Assembly: GCA_964016885.1 (NCBI GenBank)
Contig: OZ024742.1
Location: 154,256,001-154,320,000, forward strand
Direction: 5' to 3'
DNA length: 64,000 nucleotides
Source of the DNA: Eledone cirrhosa
Lineage: Eukaryota
The stretch's first letter is position 1. The number at the start of each line of letters is the position of its first letter. The notes under the pieces were generated by a model. That model made no database searches. It was not told where the DNA came from and saw nothing but the letters and a program-made list of their open reading frames with translations. Made by a program: the position numbers and the translations under genes. This document shows positions 1-14,982 of this stretch, one piece after another.

Positions 1-79
1 ATTTAAATCATGTTCACTTAAAAATAATTAAAATATATACGGACAAGTATATAATGTTAAATGAAACTGCCCCCCCCCC

Positions 80-119
<40 letters not shown>

Positions 120-186
120 CAAGGTTTAACAAATAAGAAAAAGTTTCAAAATAAATTTCAAAAAAATCACTGTACTTACTATTGTT

Positions 187-273
187 ACCTTTACTGAATC
201 GGTTTCGAGCCTCAAAAATAAATGGACAATCATTGCGGCCTTCCATTGAAAAGATAAACTCTCGTCAGAAGGT
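187..273 (-). ncRNA. Hammerhead ribozyme (type I), copy 1, stem III partly decayed
   Basis: Minus strand: ACCUU CUGACGA GAG...CUC GAAA CCGAUUCAG UA AAGGU. Confidence 0.7.
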
Positions 274-670
274 TCTTTTCACTTGGAGAATATAAAATTC
301 CCGAGTTAAAATTACGAACTGGCGCTATTCAAAATTGTTCCCGATTTGAGAATGAATGATGTGGAAGCAATTCTGTCCAGTGCCGGGTGTAAAGATGGAA
401 GCAGAGCCAGGGAGGTCAGTCTACTACCTCTATAAATAGCAGTAGTCAAAACGACCAAATTTTATCTCGACCAAAAGACGAATAATAATAATAAAGTATA
501 TATCCTACACGCAAAAAGCGTATAGGGTCACATGTATTGTCCAAACATATGCCAATGTGGTCCAATGGCAGGTTAATAAATTAACGAGCCACAACATATA
601 TAATCAAGGTTTAGCAAATAAGAAAAAGTTTCAAAATAAATTTCAAAAATTCACTGTACTTACTATTATT

Positions 671-757
671 ACCTTTACCGAAACGGTTTCGAGTCTCCAA
701 AATAAATGGACACTCCTTGCGGCCTTCCATTGAACAGATAAACTCTCGTCAGAAGGT
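671..757 (-). ncRNA. Hammerhead ribozyme (type I), canonical core
   Basis: Minus strand: ACCUU CUGACGA GAGU...ACUC GAAA CCG-UUU-CGG UA AAGGU. All three stems pair and the cleavage triplet is GUA. Confidence 0.85.
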
Positions 758-1029
758 TCTTTTCACTCGGAGAATATAACATTCCCGAGTTCAAATTACG
801 AACTGGCGCTATTCAAAATTGTTCCGGAGATGAGAATGAATGATGTGGAAGCAAATTTGTCCTGTGCCGTGTGTAAAGATAGAAGCAGAAGCAGGGAGTT
901 CAGTCTACTACCACTATAAATAGCAGCAGTCAAAACGACCAAATTTTATCTCGAGCAAGAGGAGGTTAATAATAATAAAGTTATATATATCCCTACACGC
1001 AAAAAGCGTATATATATATATATATAAAT

Positions 1030-1260
1030 ATTCGTTCACGATTTCACCGAATTTAAATTCATAGAAATCTGGGACTTGTCTCTTTCTTCCTCACTTTCTG
1101 TTGCTTCACCATTTTGTTTGTTTACCCTCGCGTCCCCTTTATTTACGTGTCCCAACGTCTTTTTTTAGCCGTTGCTCGCACCAACCGGAGGTATATGTTC
1201 TTTAAAGTGATGAAATGCCTATGATGGTTGGAAGATCACTGATGAAGGACAAACCTTTTT

Positions 1261-1265
<5 letters not shown>
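1030..1265 (+). mobile_element. Dispersed repeat fragment, homologous to 22545-22775 on the opposite strand
   Basis: ttcgttcacgatttcaccgaattt...cactgatgaaggacaaaccttttt matches the reverse complement of 22545-22775. Flanked by (TA)n. Confidence 0.6.
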
Positions 1266-1325
<60 letters not shown>

Positions 1326-1850
1326 TATATGTAAGGCTGCATCACTGCTAACCAACTATTCATTTCACAGACTCATGCTTGCAAACTCTCTTGATCTGCC
1401 TGTACATCCTCTTTTTGCTGCTTGTGCTTTGATGCATATATGCTTTGCTTTGTCTTATATTTTAGGGGGTTTTCCGGGCCTTTTGTTCCTATATTGTTTT
1501 CTATTTTTTAATTTATCTCTTTTCTTATCTCTGTATTTTTGTACATTCTTATTATTTTTTTTATTATTGTTTATTGTTTCTGATCATGCTGAGTAATACC
1601 CTCACTCATCCTTTGCTACCCTCTCCCAACCTCTTTATCAACTATTGCACCATTTAAGTGATACATTTTTGGTGTAATTTTTAATTTATTTTTTTTTTAT
1701 TTTTAAGATATTTGATGACATTATGTGCATCATTTATTCTGTCTTTTTCCATATAGCGCTGGCCTCGGGACGCCCCTGCTGGTCCTTTAACCTTGTTCTG
1801 GTAACGCAGCTCGATGGATCATGCAACTACTGATATACTCATGTTTATAG

Positions 1851-1895
1851 GCTCTGATTATTCCTGCCATAGTGTATGGATGAAACAGAGTTAGC
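1851..1895 (+). ncRNA. Degenerate hammerhead motif (G8 changed to U) in a (TA)n-flanked pLTR-like segment
   Basis: GCU CUGAUUA UUCC...GGAU GAAA CAGAG UU AGC, followed by AATAAA. Confidence 0.45.
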
Positions 1896-1944
1896 TAATA
1901 AAACAATGTATTTCTAAGCACTCTTAGGTTATTCCTATAACTAC

Positions 1945-1990
<46 letters not shown>

Positions 1991-1991
<1 letters not shown>

Positions 1992-2140
1992 ATTGCTGGC
2001 ATTGTGCCAAAACAGTTTCTAGTTTTGGCACAATGGCAGCAATTCTAGGGGTCGAGAAAATCGACTCGTGCATTATTTTCTCGACACCAGAATTGTAAAA
2101 GGCAAGGTTAAGCTCGCCAAGTTCTGCATTCAGGCCTTAA
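1991..2140 (-). mobile_element. Degenerate SINE with an inverted SINE tail fragment
   Basis: ttttggcacaa...aaaaggcaaggtt matches the SINE body. aattgctggcattgtgccaaaac/gttttggcacaatggcagcaatt forms a short palindrome. Confidence 0.5.
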
Positions 2141-3881
2141 ATAAACAGGGCATACAGATTTATCTCACTTACTATTGATTCAGGCAATCCATCTCCCTTA
2201 GAAATAAATAAAATTTAACAATAAAAACAATATTACAACGTAACTGTTGTAATTAAATGAATTGTTTCTGATATTAGTTATTGAATCAGCCAACCATTTT
2301 TTTTTTTTTTTTTTTTCCTTTCTTACAAATCTGTTCTTTCTTTCTGCACAATACAATACCCCGTATTAATGTGAGTGTTTATATTCAGGTGTGTATACAC
2401 CTATCTATCGATTTCATCGACCCCATAATAAAGAAACGCAAAGATCATCTCGGTAGGATTTTCGCTGCAAAGAGCAGAAATAAATGTTACAAATCATTTT
2501 GTTGAACTCCTTAACAAATCTGCCAATCCAATCACTCTACTTAGATATTAAAATCAATAGAAATCAATGTGTGAGTTTCTCTGCAGACATCGAACTGTTA
2601 GAAATAAGAATTTCCAGCATTAGTAAAATAAAGAATCGCTACACGTTGACTTGTTTAGCTAGATACAGCAGGAAATTCTTCCTCAATCGGATCCGGTTAT
2701 CTTTAAAATGGACGAATAATGTAATGGCAGACATCCCCATGAAAGGGCGGGCCGATCAGAACCAGAATATTTTCATGATAGGTCTTCTCTAACACTACTG
2801 GTTATGAGCAAAGCAAATTCAGAAATACAAAATAAATATTTCATTAATACGAGTGATGACCACTGATAAAATAGTAAAAACTCCAATACTTGTTTGATAT
2901 CCTAGAAACACTACCTAAAGCACCATCAATTCTCACCGAATCTGTTTCGGAAATGGAATGTCATATTGTCTAATTCAAATCAACATATCTGTGAAGCCAA
3001 AACGGCTGGTAACGGAGGAAATGGCTTTGTTCATATGTAACTCGAATTTTGGCGCAACTGAAGCTAAATAAATTCAACGATAATCCAATGTACCCTTTTG
3101 TTCCGAATCTAATTTAAGGAGTACCGCGGTAAATTTGACGTCTGTTCTTTAAAAAAAAATATCAGTCTGAAACTGGGATCTTTTCTAGCACTATATCTCT
3201 TTCTTACTTCCTCTTTCTCTCTATCCTTCTCCCTATGTCTTTCTCACTTCCTCTTTCTCTCTCACCTTGACTCTATTTCTCTCTCTCGCTCTCTACACGC
3301 CCCTCTCTCTCTCTTTCTCTCACTATCGCTCTCTCTAAGTCTCTGTATTTCTCTGGAAGAAGCCAGATCTGTTCAGACCAAAAGTGGAATAAGTTCCCCA
3401 GAATTAAATGCCCTAGACATGGGGCATAAAGTAACTCACTACTGCTCACTATATCTCCATAGGGATTCACGGATTCATACATTAAGAAAAAAAGCCTTTA
3501 TTATAAGCGGTTGAACAGAAAGAGAGGAACAATATTTATTACTTGTAGAATATATCATAAACACTAAACATATCTATTGCCTCCAAAATCTGAGCAACTA
3601 TTATAAAATGCTTTTAATGAAATTGCAATTTGCAATTATATATTGCAATTATTTTCATAATTCATCCTTTAAAATTCGAATTTCAATAAAGCATTCTTCA
3701 AATTACTCAAAATGCTTGAGAAAGTACTTCTTATGAATGTCATTTACATTCCTGTTTAAATAACATATTTGATACTGTGAAAATTACTTCGAAACATTTT
3801 ATTAAGTATTTCCGATTCTACGATTCATGTTACCCAATATAATATAATATAACCTAATATAATATGAAATATTATTATATA

Positions 3882-3964
<83 letters not shown>

Positions 3965-4070
3965 TGCGTGTGTATTATATTAATATCATTTTACAGCTTT
4001 CAGTTATTGGACTGCGGCCAAAGGAGAGCACCGGTTACCGATATATGTATGTGTGTATATATGTATATAT

Positions 4071-4181
<111 letters not shown>

Positions 4182-4574
4182 CACACACCCATACACACAC
4201 CCACACACATATATATATACAGAGAACGAAGGATAATTTCCGACAGAAACATGAACTTTAAATATGTATATAAAAACTAATAATTCTTCTTCCCCATTTT
4301 ATTATTATTCGTATAAATATGCAACTTAACTGCACTTTGCACATCCGACGTTGAAAAAGCATATAATGCTGAAATCGGTACCACTATTAAAGGATTTTGT
4401 TCACATATACACACAGACACATATACGCCCACACTCACATACATATATATATATACATATAACAACACCAGCTGTTTCTCTCTTCTCTTTTCCACTCTCC
4501 TCTCTGTCTCCACTCCCTCTCTCTATGTGTCACTTTCAATCTACTCTCTCAAAACATCTATCTCTTTCACTCTA

Positions 4575-4675
<101 letters not shown>

Positions 4676-4961
4676 ATGTAGGTACCAAGGAAGCCCTATA
4701 GCTCGGGAAAACGTGCTTCAATTTACGCCAAACTTTTTTCTATTTCATTTATATTCCCATTTCAGGAACAACTTCCTTACAAAGTATTTTCCCATTATGC
4801 GCTCTTTGGGCTGTATTACATTACAGACAAGCAAGCATGAAAGTAATCACTACACCACAGGTTCATTTTAAAAATAAATGTTAAATCATGTTCACTTAAA
4901 AATAATGTTTAAATAATTAAAATATATATGGATATGTATATAATGTTAAATGAAACTGGCC

Positions 4962-5006
<45 letters not shown>

Positions 5007-5044
5007 GTGTGTGTATGTATATTTAAATAAATGTATGTTTATAT

Positions 5045-5076
<32 letters not shown>

Positions 5077-5154
5077 TTTGTGTGTGTGCCTGTGATTTGT
5101 ATGTATATATATATATACACACACGCACTCACATATATACACAACAGCACCATC

Positions 5155-5189
<35 letters not shown>

Positions 5190-5544
5190 ATTCTCTTCTG
5201 TCTCCTCTCCCACTCTATATGTCTCTCTTTTTTTTCTCTCTCTCTCTCTGTTTATGAAGGTATTCGGATAACCCCTTATCTCGGGAACCCGTGGTCCGAT
5301 GTATGCGACACTTGTATTATTCCATTTGTATTCCCATTTCAGGGTCAACTTCCTGGCAAATTATTTTCTCATTATGCGCCCTTTTGGCTGTATTACATTA
5401 TAGACAAGCAAGGAAGCAAGCAATCAAAGAATGTTAGTAATATACATATAGGGAGAGATAGAAAGATATACATGTCATGTGTGTGTGGGGGGGGGGGGTG
5501 TATGTCCGTTTATATATTTTTAGAAGTGAACGACAGATGAATGT

Positions 5545-5680
5545 TTGCCGAGGTTAACTTTGCCTTTCATCCTTTCGGGGTCGATAAAATAAAGTACTAG
5601 TCATGCACTGGGGTCGATTTAATCGACTTCCTCTGCCACCACAATTGGTGGCCTTGTGCCTATATAAGAAACCATTATTA
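5545..5680 (+). mobile_element. SINE, 5'-truncated
   Basis: gccgaggttaactttgcctttcatcctttcggggtcgataaaataaagtac...ggccttgtgcc, shared with ~10 other copies. Confidence 0.8.
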
Positions 5681-6229
5681 TATATACTAGCAGAAGAACC
5701 GAAGAACCGTCAATCGGGCGGTTTTCTGCTAGCCTATGTAGTGTGCATTTTGATATACGCAAATATTTATGCACATAGATATGATACATAAATTGACAAT
5801 ATGCACATAAACTGAACAGAGACTGTGTTACACTTACTTCTGTAATCAGTAAAGTAATCCATGATAAATTTAAAAAAAAGCAATAACGGAGATGGAAAAG
5901 CGATGAAACCGTTGACGGAAAATATTCATGAATCTTCACTTGAGAATATCCATGGGAATCTTCAAGCAGTGAATTTGAAAATAGGTGCTGCTGGTATGAA
6001 TGAATGAATTACATTTACCAATATGAAGAGTTGACCTTCGGTATATGTTGTTTTACTATATTCACATATGGACTTCCTAAGTTTTTGTAGTTTCCCTTTT
6101 CTAGCAGTTAAAAAGAAACTGAAATGCATTTCAACTAAAAGAGAGTGATAGCTGTTTCACATCACTAGAATTTCTTTGTAGGCACAGTTTTCAGAAAACA
6201 GACCCCTTTCATTTAATATTTTTATATTT

Positions 6230-9200
6230 TCTTTTTTTGTAACTCGTGATAATGCAACATACATTTGACTATGTGAAAAGAATTGTGTTTGTAGATATGC
6301 ACCTATCTTTTCAAATGTCTGCCCTTGTGCCTTGTTGCATGTAAGGGCAAAGGCTGGTTTGGCAGGAAATTGCTTGCGAGTACGTGTGGTATCCTTGGGA
6401 TTAGCAACCTTGTTCCAGCATTGGGACCCAATGCCACTTCAGCTTCAATTACATGATTATGTAAACTGATGATGATGTAGCGTGTACCATTGCAATGCCC
6501 GTAGAGGATCCATATTTCTCAGAAGCATGATGCAACTGCCTTTCTTCAGTTTAAGTATGTGTGTTGGGAAGCCTGATGGGGTAAGTTTGTTTATGAACTC
6601 AATTGAATATTGCAGTTCATTATCTACTGTGGTGGATTGGCAGTATCGGTAGAGGGTCGGACGCCATGCTTTCCAGCATAGTTACGTCCCTTTAGGGTCT
6701 GAGTTCAAATCCCGCCGAGATTAACTTTGTCTTTCATGCTTACGGGGTTGATAACATAAAGTACCAGTAATGTATTGTGTAATTGATGGCCTTGTGCCAA
6801 AAGTGGAAACAATTATCTAGTGTATCAGAGCTTCTGTAGATTATTTCATTTCCAGGAAACTTGTTGACGATGAACTCATTCACTAATCTTGCTCCATCAT
6901 TTATTGGAGTGATAATGGCTCTATATGCAAGCCATAGTGGGTTTTTGTAGTTTCCTGGAAGATTTGTATACACAAAATCACACAGTCCAGACACATTACC
7001 ATATTCCAGACGAAGTTCATTTGGCAGAAGAATTGTGAATGCACCTGCAGTTGGAACGAACAGTTGGAATGTTACAATTTCCAACATCAAGAAGGTAGTT
7101 TGCAAACTGTCTTTCATCAGAATCCCCTGCATAATTAACCGTTGATTGGTTGTCATCTCCATGGTTTCCACATAGTCCCAGAGATAGGATACTGTGATGG
7201 TTGCCTCAACTATTTGTGGTCTAGCACCATGACGTACAACAGGAAGAATGTGCTTCCAGTCACCAGATAGTAATACTGTTAACCACCAAATGTTTTTTTG
7301 CAATCTCGAACATCTTTAAAGCTCCTGTCAAGGCAGTCAAAGATATGCTTATGTCCCATACCTATGTGATCAATGATTAGCAGGTCAGCTTCCTGCATAA
7401 GTTTACCTGTGTCATCCCTCTTTGTGAAGAAGCAAGTTGATTCAGCAGTCCGATTGAGAGGAATCTTGCACTTGGAATGAAGAGTTCTACCTTGATGAAG
7501 CAGTATGGCAGTGGCAAGTGCAATTCCTTTTTTAGATCGGAGGCAATCCAATAGGATGTTTATGACATAGGTCTTTCCTGTACCGCACTTGCATTCGAGC
7601 AGAACATTCTACATTCATTTTCATTTACAGAGGTGATTTACTTTGTGAAAAATAAACAGTTGCTCAGGATTCAATGTTGGCAGAAGTTCATTTATATTTG
7701 CTTGCAGTTGGTGTGTATTGAAATCAGTTTCTGAGTCCTGTTGATTTCTGGTATGGCAACAATAGTTGGATCTGGCCGAAGAAGTAAATAGTTGGCATGT
7801 ATGTCCAAACCATCATGTTGACGTCTTTGTTGGATCTTCTGTAGAACAATCTGCAAGGTTTGCAAGGGCATGACTTGCTCACGGCATTTATGCATGATAG
7901 CCTCTGCTAGAGAAAGCTTCCATTTCTCCCAGAACTGTAGAGGGTCATTTGGCATGCAGTACAATAAAATGGTGCAGAAGATATTTCGCAGCTGAAGACC
8001 AATCGTAATGGATGAAACCTCTTCCATAGTTTTGTCTTTTTCCCTATCTTCATCTAACAGACCAAGTTTCCTGCATGCTTCTTGGAATGTTGGAAATTCA
8101 ACTACTTCAATTGTCCTCAATTCTTTGTATGAAGTTGACCCAGCCTTGAGATGTAGAATCATTCTGAGGTAATATAATTCAGATTTATGTCTACTGAGAG
8201 ATACTGTTGGAATGCGTCCAAGAGATTGACTCATAAATTGTTGATCACCATCCAAATGCCTCTTTTTTCTTCTTTGCCACTTTTTATTTGTCTAAGTGAA
8301 ATATTTAGGAATATCAATATACAATATGTTTTGTGCCAGTGGATCTCTAATATTCTGTTGAAAATATTCCGTCAACTTAGTCATTAGCTGTCCCCTAGAA
8401 ACAACACTTTCTTCCTGCCTTCGCTCATACACGACCATTTGTTCCCCAGGTAAATGGCAAAGCAACCTTTCAACTGGCGGTTTTCGATGATGTAATGGAA
8501 ATTTATAGATTCTCCAGAATGTTTCACTGGCTGAGATGTACCGTGCATTGATATAGGTCTCAATCTCATTTTGGGCATGGACACAATTTCCTTCATCATT
8601 CTTAATAGTGAAAGTGATCTTGTTTGATCCTTTTGTGATGTACTTATATAAGAATTAACAGACATGACACTGTGGACAACCTCACAATTGATGTGGCACT
8701 GATATCTCAATGAGAGGAAAGTGTTGTATGGAACAACCCAACGATTATCAACAGTAAATTCTTGACCTGTAATTTGGATTATATGGGTGTGACCACCATG
8801 ATGTATACCCCTTCTTCTATACTCTGGAAAGGAATTTTCGGCAAGAAATATGGTTTGTTTGAATGACTTGGTGTATCTTTTTGAGCAATTGCGTTGTTGT
8901 GCTAGCCCTTCCATACATGGGCACATCATGTTAACTAGTCCACATGGGCCATGAATGTTGCAGGATGTGATGATCTTATGTAGAATTGTATTGGTCTCTT
9001 TATCAGGAATCTCACACTACACTACCTGATCAATGGCATCAGCAGTTTTGGGTTTGCTATCTTCAGCCTTTATCAGCAGAATATGTGCATGCGTGAGGCC
9101 TCGTTTCTGCCACTCTTTGTAGCAGAATGAGCCACAACATTTTCTAGGACATTTTCTTTTTAGTATGTCATCCATGAGGCTCTCATACTTGATCTTGAAG

Positions 9201-10623
9201 ACGCTTGCACAAATATCAGGAGGGTCTCTAGGTTCTTCAGCAGGGTGCAAACTATTTTTTTATTTCATCCCAATTAGGGTTAGTAGTTACCGTGATGAAA
9301 TAAGATGGCTTTCCCATGTCTCGAAGCACAGTCATCGAATTCTTAAACCACTCACTGTTGAAGCGAGGTGAACCATAGATTGAAGGAGGAAGAACAATTC
9401 TCCGGCCTGCATTTACTGAATCTCCTTCAGCCGCAGCATCATACATACCCCCATTCTCTTCAGCTCGTATCATGGTTTGATTGTTGTGGGCCCATTTGAT
9501 GCGCCCAATGTTCTATTTTTGCCTGGGCAACTAAAGCATATTGCTGCATCAGCCGCCTAATCTTTATGATAATGTTACAGTCACGTTGCCTAACCTGAAA
9601 CCGATAACTATAGAAATCAATGGGTGTGAGTGTGTGGTTGTTGTCAATCCTTTTCAAACCAACCTGAAACCCATCATTCCCCCAAGGAAACAGTATCACA
9701 TAATGCAGAGAATCATAACAACGTTGAAACTGATGAATCCTCTGAAGAACACCATCTCTTTTATGAATGATGACATCCAAAAGACCTAATGCTGTATCAG
9801 GTTAAATAACAGCAATCTCACATGCCATATGAAGATTATATGTGCGACAAAGAAAATCAGTGGGTTTTACTTTGTCAGCATGTAGGACAATATTCACATT
9901 TTCAGAGACTGGCATTTCAATGCCTGACTTGAAACTTCTTATATACGTGTTGCAGTAGTGCAAGTCTTCTTGCAAGTCCTGCAGGACAGCAGCCTCTAAA
10001 TTACCATAATGCAAGCGATTCTTAAGCTCATGATCTGTATCATAGAAGTAAAGCTGCGCAAACTTGGGTGAAGCATCACTTGGAAGTAGTGATCCAATAA
10101 TATGACATATCTTACCTTGGATCTTAAATGTGAGACTAAATACTGGTGCTTTAATCTCTTTGCAGCCAATTGAAGCTAAAGCAAGCACATTGTTATATGC
10201 CAGTATCTTATGGAGAAAAGAATTTCCTGCTTGACTGATATCGAAATATTTCATTATATTTGGTGGAGGAGGAGGACGTTGAGGGAGTTTCACTTTTACC
10301 TGGAAGAAGCACAGAGATTTGGGTTCATGCGGCCAGCGATAAGCTTTGCAGTGCGGACAAACAGAGGCAAAGAGACTCCCTGCATTATGTTGTGGCATTA
10401 TGGAAAGAACAGTTTGCTCTTGGAAATGTTCATCTGTAGGATTATTTGCCAGACCTACAATTGACATGTTCCTTCCTCTCTGAACGTTTGGTGTATTTGT
10501 TGCAAGATGTTGTTGGTGTGTTAACTGAATTACATTCGTAGAAATGTGTTGGGCTGTTGTAGAGCGATTATTGTTTGATTGGTTTCCCCTTTTCTCTGTT
10601 TGTCGTTGTACATCTGCTACCAT
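6230..10623 (-). pseudogene. Helitron Rep (HUH, Y2) / PIF1 helicase, with frameshifts and stops
   Basis: Rep motifs YFITVTTNPNWDEI, EWQKRGLTHAHILL and YKYITKG. PIF1 motifs GTGKT, GRTLHSKCKIPL, GDWKHILPVV, QFPAKPAFALTCNKAQGQT and YVALSRVT. N-terminal CPHCKA and PKFAQLYFYD. Confidence 0.92.
6631..6811 (+). mobile_element. Full-length tRNA-derived SINE inserted in the Helitron helicase, with 12-bp TSD
   Basis: A box tggcagtatcgg and B box gagttcaaatccc. TSD attatctactgt (6619-6630) / attatctagtgt (6812-6823). It interrupts YRSSDT(V/L)DN-ELQYSIEF. Confidence 0.9.
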
Positions 10624-10862
10624 GCGTTGGGATCTAGATCATAAATGTTTTCTGCCATGTATGTATAAATATATGTTATCTCTACGGTGAAATCTTAGAA
10701 ATAAATATATGTTAAAAGAAAAGAATTCTTTGAAATAAATGTATGTTTGAAATATGTATTATCGTCTGCTATTCGAACACCAGAGAGAGATAGGGAGGGG
10801 GTAGAGAGAGAGTAGTAGGAGGTAGTCATAACAACTGTGGTAGCAGCAAAACGCGTATCAGG

Positions 10863-10894
<32 letters not shown>

Positions 10895-10899
<5 letters not shown>

Positions 10900-11460
10900 T
10901 TAATATAGATGAGATTCTACAGGACTAGAACTATTTCATTCTTTAGAAATCATCAGGAATCTGGCTTTCCAAGAATAAATGTAGTAGTATTTATATGTTT
11001 TCAGGTGGTAGGAGATGGTGGGGAGTGGGATGGGCGGATGTCATTGGTTGAAATAAAAGGGAATTCATTAAAAGCTAATTCTTTAAAGCTATAATTTATA
11101 TTTAGAGTGAAAAAAGGCAGAAATAATTCTATATACAAGTTCAGAATGTGGTGCCACTCCTATTTTTAAGTTTGTCTTAAGCTAACAATGCCTATATTTC
11201 ACGTGTCTATAAGATGGTTGGGTGTCGGTGATGCTTGATGGATTTAAAGAAAAGGGAAATTCTTTCAAAGCTAATTCTTTAAAGCTCTACTTAGAGTGAC
11301 CAAGGCCAAGATAATTCTATGAACCAGTTCAAAATATCGGGTGCCTATCGTATCATTATTGTCATATTTCTCTTAAGCTATATTCCAGGTGTCAACAGAC
11401 ACAATCACATACACACACCGACACACACACACACTCAATATTTCTCTTAAGCTATATTTC
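10895..11460 (-). mobile_element. HHR-bearing pLTR-like element, same family as 30400-30905
   Basis: Reverse complement of 30400-30905, with an internal duplication (aaagggaattcattaaaagctaattctttaaagct twice). Flanked by (TA)n. Confidence 0.7.
10912..10962 (-). ncRNA. Hammerhead ribozyme (minimal type I)
   Basis: AGAUUC CUGAUGA U-UUC-UAAA-GAA-U GAAA UAG..CUG UA GAAUCU. Confidence 0.7.
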
Positions 11461-11509
11461 AGGTGTCAACAGACACACTCACATACACACACCGACACAC
11501 ACACACACT

Positions 11510-12228
<719 letters not shown>

Positions 12229-12417
12229 TACATATATATTTATATATATACACACATATATATATATACATATATACGTATATATATTTATATATGTATA
12301 TATATATATACACATAAATATAGACATATATATAAACATATATATATAAATATATATATATATATACATACATATATATATATATATACATATATAGACA
12401 CACATACACACACACAC

Positions 12418-12472
<55 letters not shown>

Positions 12473-12489
12473 TATATATAATATATATT

Positions 12490-12520
<31 letters not shown>

Positions 12521-12546
12521 TCACACAAGCACACACACATACATAT

Positions 12547-12609
<63 letters not shown>

Positions 12610-13125
12610 ATTATTTAATATAGTTAATTAGTTAATAGTTAATATAGTTAATTAGTTAATATATTTAATTTGTTAATATAGTTAATATAGTAAATATAAT
12701 TAATATAGTTAATTTTTATAATTTTCTTATTTTACGTCTTGCATCCCCTTGCATTGAACCACAAAGTTACTAAGACAAAACCTATATATTTGCTAGCGTA
12801 GGTATGCATCTCTGTATATATATGTTGGCAGATATACTAATTCTTCATATTTATCTCCAAATTATTTTGTTGAGCAAAAATTTGCCAATATTACAAATAC
12901 GGTTCATAGTAATAGTCAGGCCACTGTCTTATTAGCACCACACTCATCACTGATTAACCTCGATGTCACGTGATTGATTCTTTTGAATTTGCTACCGACT
13001 AGGTAGGCAGTGATTTTTTCAATGTCCTGGAATTTAGTCCACACTTGCTTTTTTACATCCACCGAATTATTTTTGTATAAGTTCCCTGTGTCCACGCATT
13101 GCCTGGGAACTTAGCTGAGAATAGA

Positions 13126-13208
13126 CGCCCTGATGACGAAAGAATGTTTTCCATGTAGTTCCATTCGGAAACCATGTTTATTCCCTTTCAGAAACTAATT
13201 AGTTGCAC
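13126..13208 (+). ncRNA. Degenerate hammerhead motif (stem I lost)
   Basis: CUGAUGA CGAAAG...CUUUCA GAAA CUAAUUAG UU; stem III is palindromic. Confidence 0.45.
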
Positions 13209-13258
13209 TGAAATTTTAGTATGATAATTTTTATAATTTTCTTATTTTACGTCTTTCA

Positions 13259-13343
<85 letters not shown>

Positions 13344-13353
13344 ATATATATAT

Positions 13354-13468
<115 letters not shown>

Positions 13469-13842
13469 TATTAAGGTTACTATTTATGGTTATGTATATA
13501 ATAAAACTTATATAGTTATATATATTTTAAACTCTAAATAGAGAAAGACAGTAATTCATTACTATCTTATTACAAGTAAGATAAATAGCTCCATGTAATA
13601 ACATCAGTTGTTTTACAGAGCAGTTATATAGAAATTACATGAATCAAAGTTCAGTTTAAATCATTTATTTTCTTACAATTATTTCCTCCACATATATACA
13701 TATATACATAAATAAATATTTGCTCTACGGTTCTTATATATTTGATATATATTTATCCTTATCGAGCCCTCCTTGGATTTTAGTTCTGAAATTTCTTATT
13801 ATCACTATATATATATATATAAATATATGCACATACACACAC

Positions 13843-13873
<31 letters not shown>

Positions 13874-13886
13874 CATACATATTCAT

Positions 13887-13950
<64 letters not shown>

Positions 13951-14036
13951 GTGTGTGTATGAATATGTATGTATATATATATATACATATACATATACAT
14001 ACATATACACACACATACATATACACATATATACAT

Positions 14037-14070
<34 letters not shown>

Positions 14071-14122
14071 GTATATGTATGTGTGTGTATATGTATGCAT
14101 TTGTATATGTATATATATATAT

Positions 14123-14179
<57 letters not shown>

Positions 14180-14180
<1 letters not shown>

Positions 14181-14982
14181 CATAATCTATAAAGCTCAGT
14201 GTGGTCATGCTCCTTCGTTATAGAAATCTACGATATAGAATTTCTTCAATTGAAATTTACAATTCAGTATTTGAAATAGTTTAGATTGCGTCTTGACCCA
14301 GATTATTTTTTCAATTTCACCCAGAATTACGCCAAAAATAGATAAAAGTCAATATTTTACGATTTTTCTCTCTCATTTAAACTGCTGAACTCTTTCTACT
14401 ACCACTCAAAATATATACAACTTCATACTTTCTGCAACTTTCTCTTTCCAAGCTTGATGGTGATACTGTCCGTTCACACCACTCCCTACTGTCTTAAATT
14501 TAGGAAACACATATCCTCTATGAGGTTACTAAACCTGCTAGAAACAGCAGCTAACTCTCCCCCATATCACACCACTCCATACTGTCTTAAATTTAGAAAA
14601 CACATATCCTCTATGAGGTCACTAAACCTGCTAGAAACAACAGCTAACTCTCCCTCATATCACAACCCTCCCTACTGTCTTAAATTTAGAAAACACACAG
14701 ACAACCATGCAGAACAACTCCATCGCAGCACTGTGGTTCGGCTGGCATCATCTACGCGTGTGTTGCGCAAGTACTGTGAAACAATAAATGTCAACACTTT
14801 TTTGCACAGAGATAATATCCATAAGCGAAACTACAATTGTCAATGCTGGCGCAGCTTATGCTTCCAGGTCTGCAATTCATTCACCCAGTGCCTGGCAGAC
14901 AAAAAGTGCTGCCATAAAATGGGTGGTGCAACCTAACTTTAGTAACATAATGACCCCGAGCAACGCCGGGCTTTAATGCTAG
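14180..14982 (+). mobile_element. Non-autonomous Helitron in (TA)n
   Basis: 5' A|TC(ataatctataaagctc). 3' hairpin cccgagcaacgccggg then CTAG|T at 14979-14982. Internal ~93-bp tandem repeat at 14475-14698. Confidence 0.8.

Larger units (their letters stand above)
113..1010 (-). mobile_element. Tandem pair (~484-bp period) of HHR-bearing PLE pLTR/retrozyme-like units
   Basis: 113-~530 is repeated at 597-1010 (tataatcaaggttta...cctacacgcaaaaagcgtata). Each unit has a type I hammerhead on the minus strand, and the pair is flanked by (TA)n. Confidence 0.75.
5687..10623 (-). mobile_element. Autonomous-type Helitron, decayed; 5' terminus not resolved
   Basis: RepHel coding relics, plus a minus-strand 3' terminus: hairpin aaccgcccgattgacggtt then CTAG|T at 5690-5687. 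Confidence 0.9.

Noticed and set aside
2400-3120. Possible minus-strand coding remnants (FLYYGVDEIDR, ILVLIGPPF)
   Set aside because: Short resemblances to cyclin-box or receptor motifs, but with stops and no consistent exon structure; a homology search is needed.
6631-6715. tRNA gene
   Set aside because: The A/B boxes belong to the SINE head; no complete cloverleaf.
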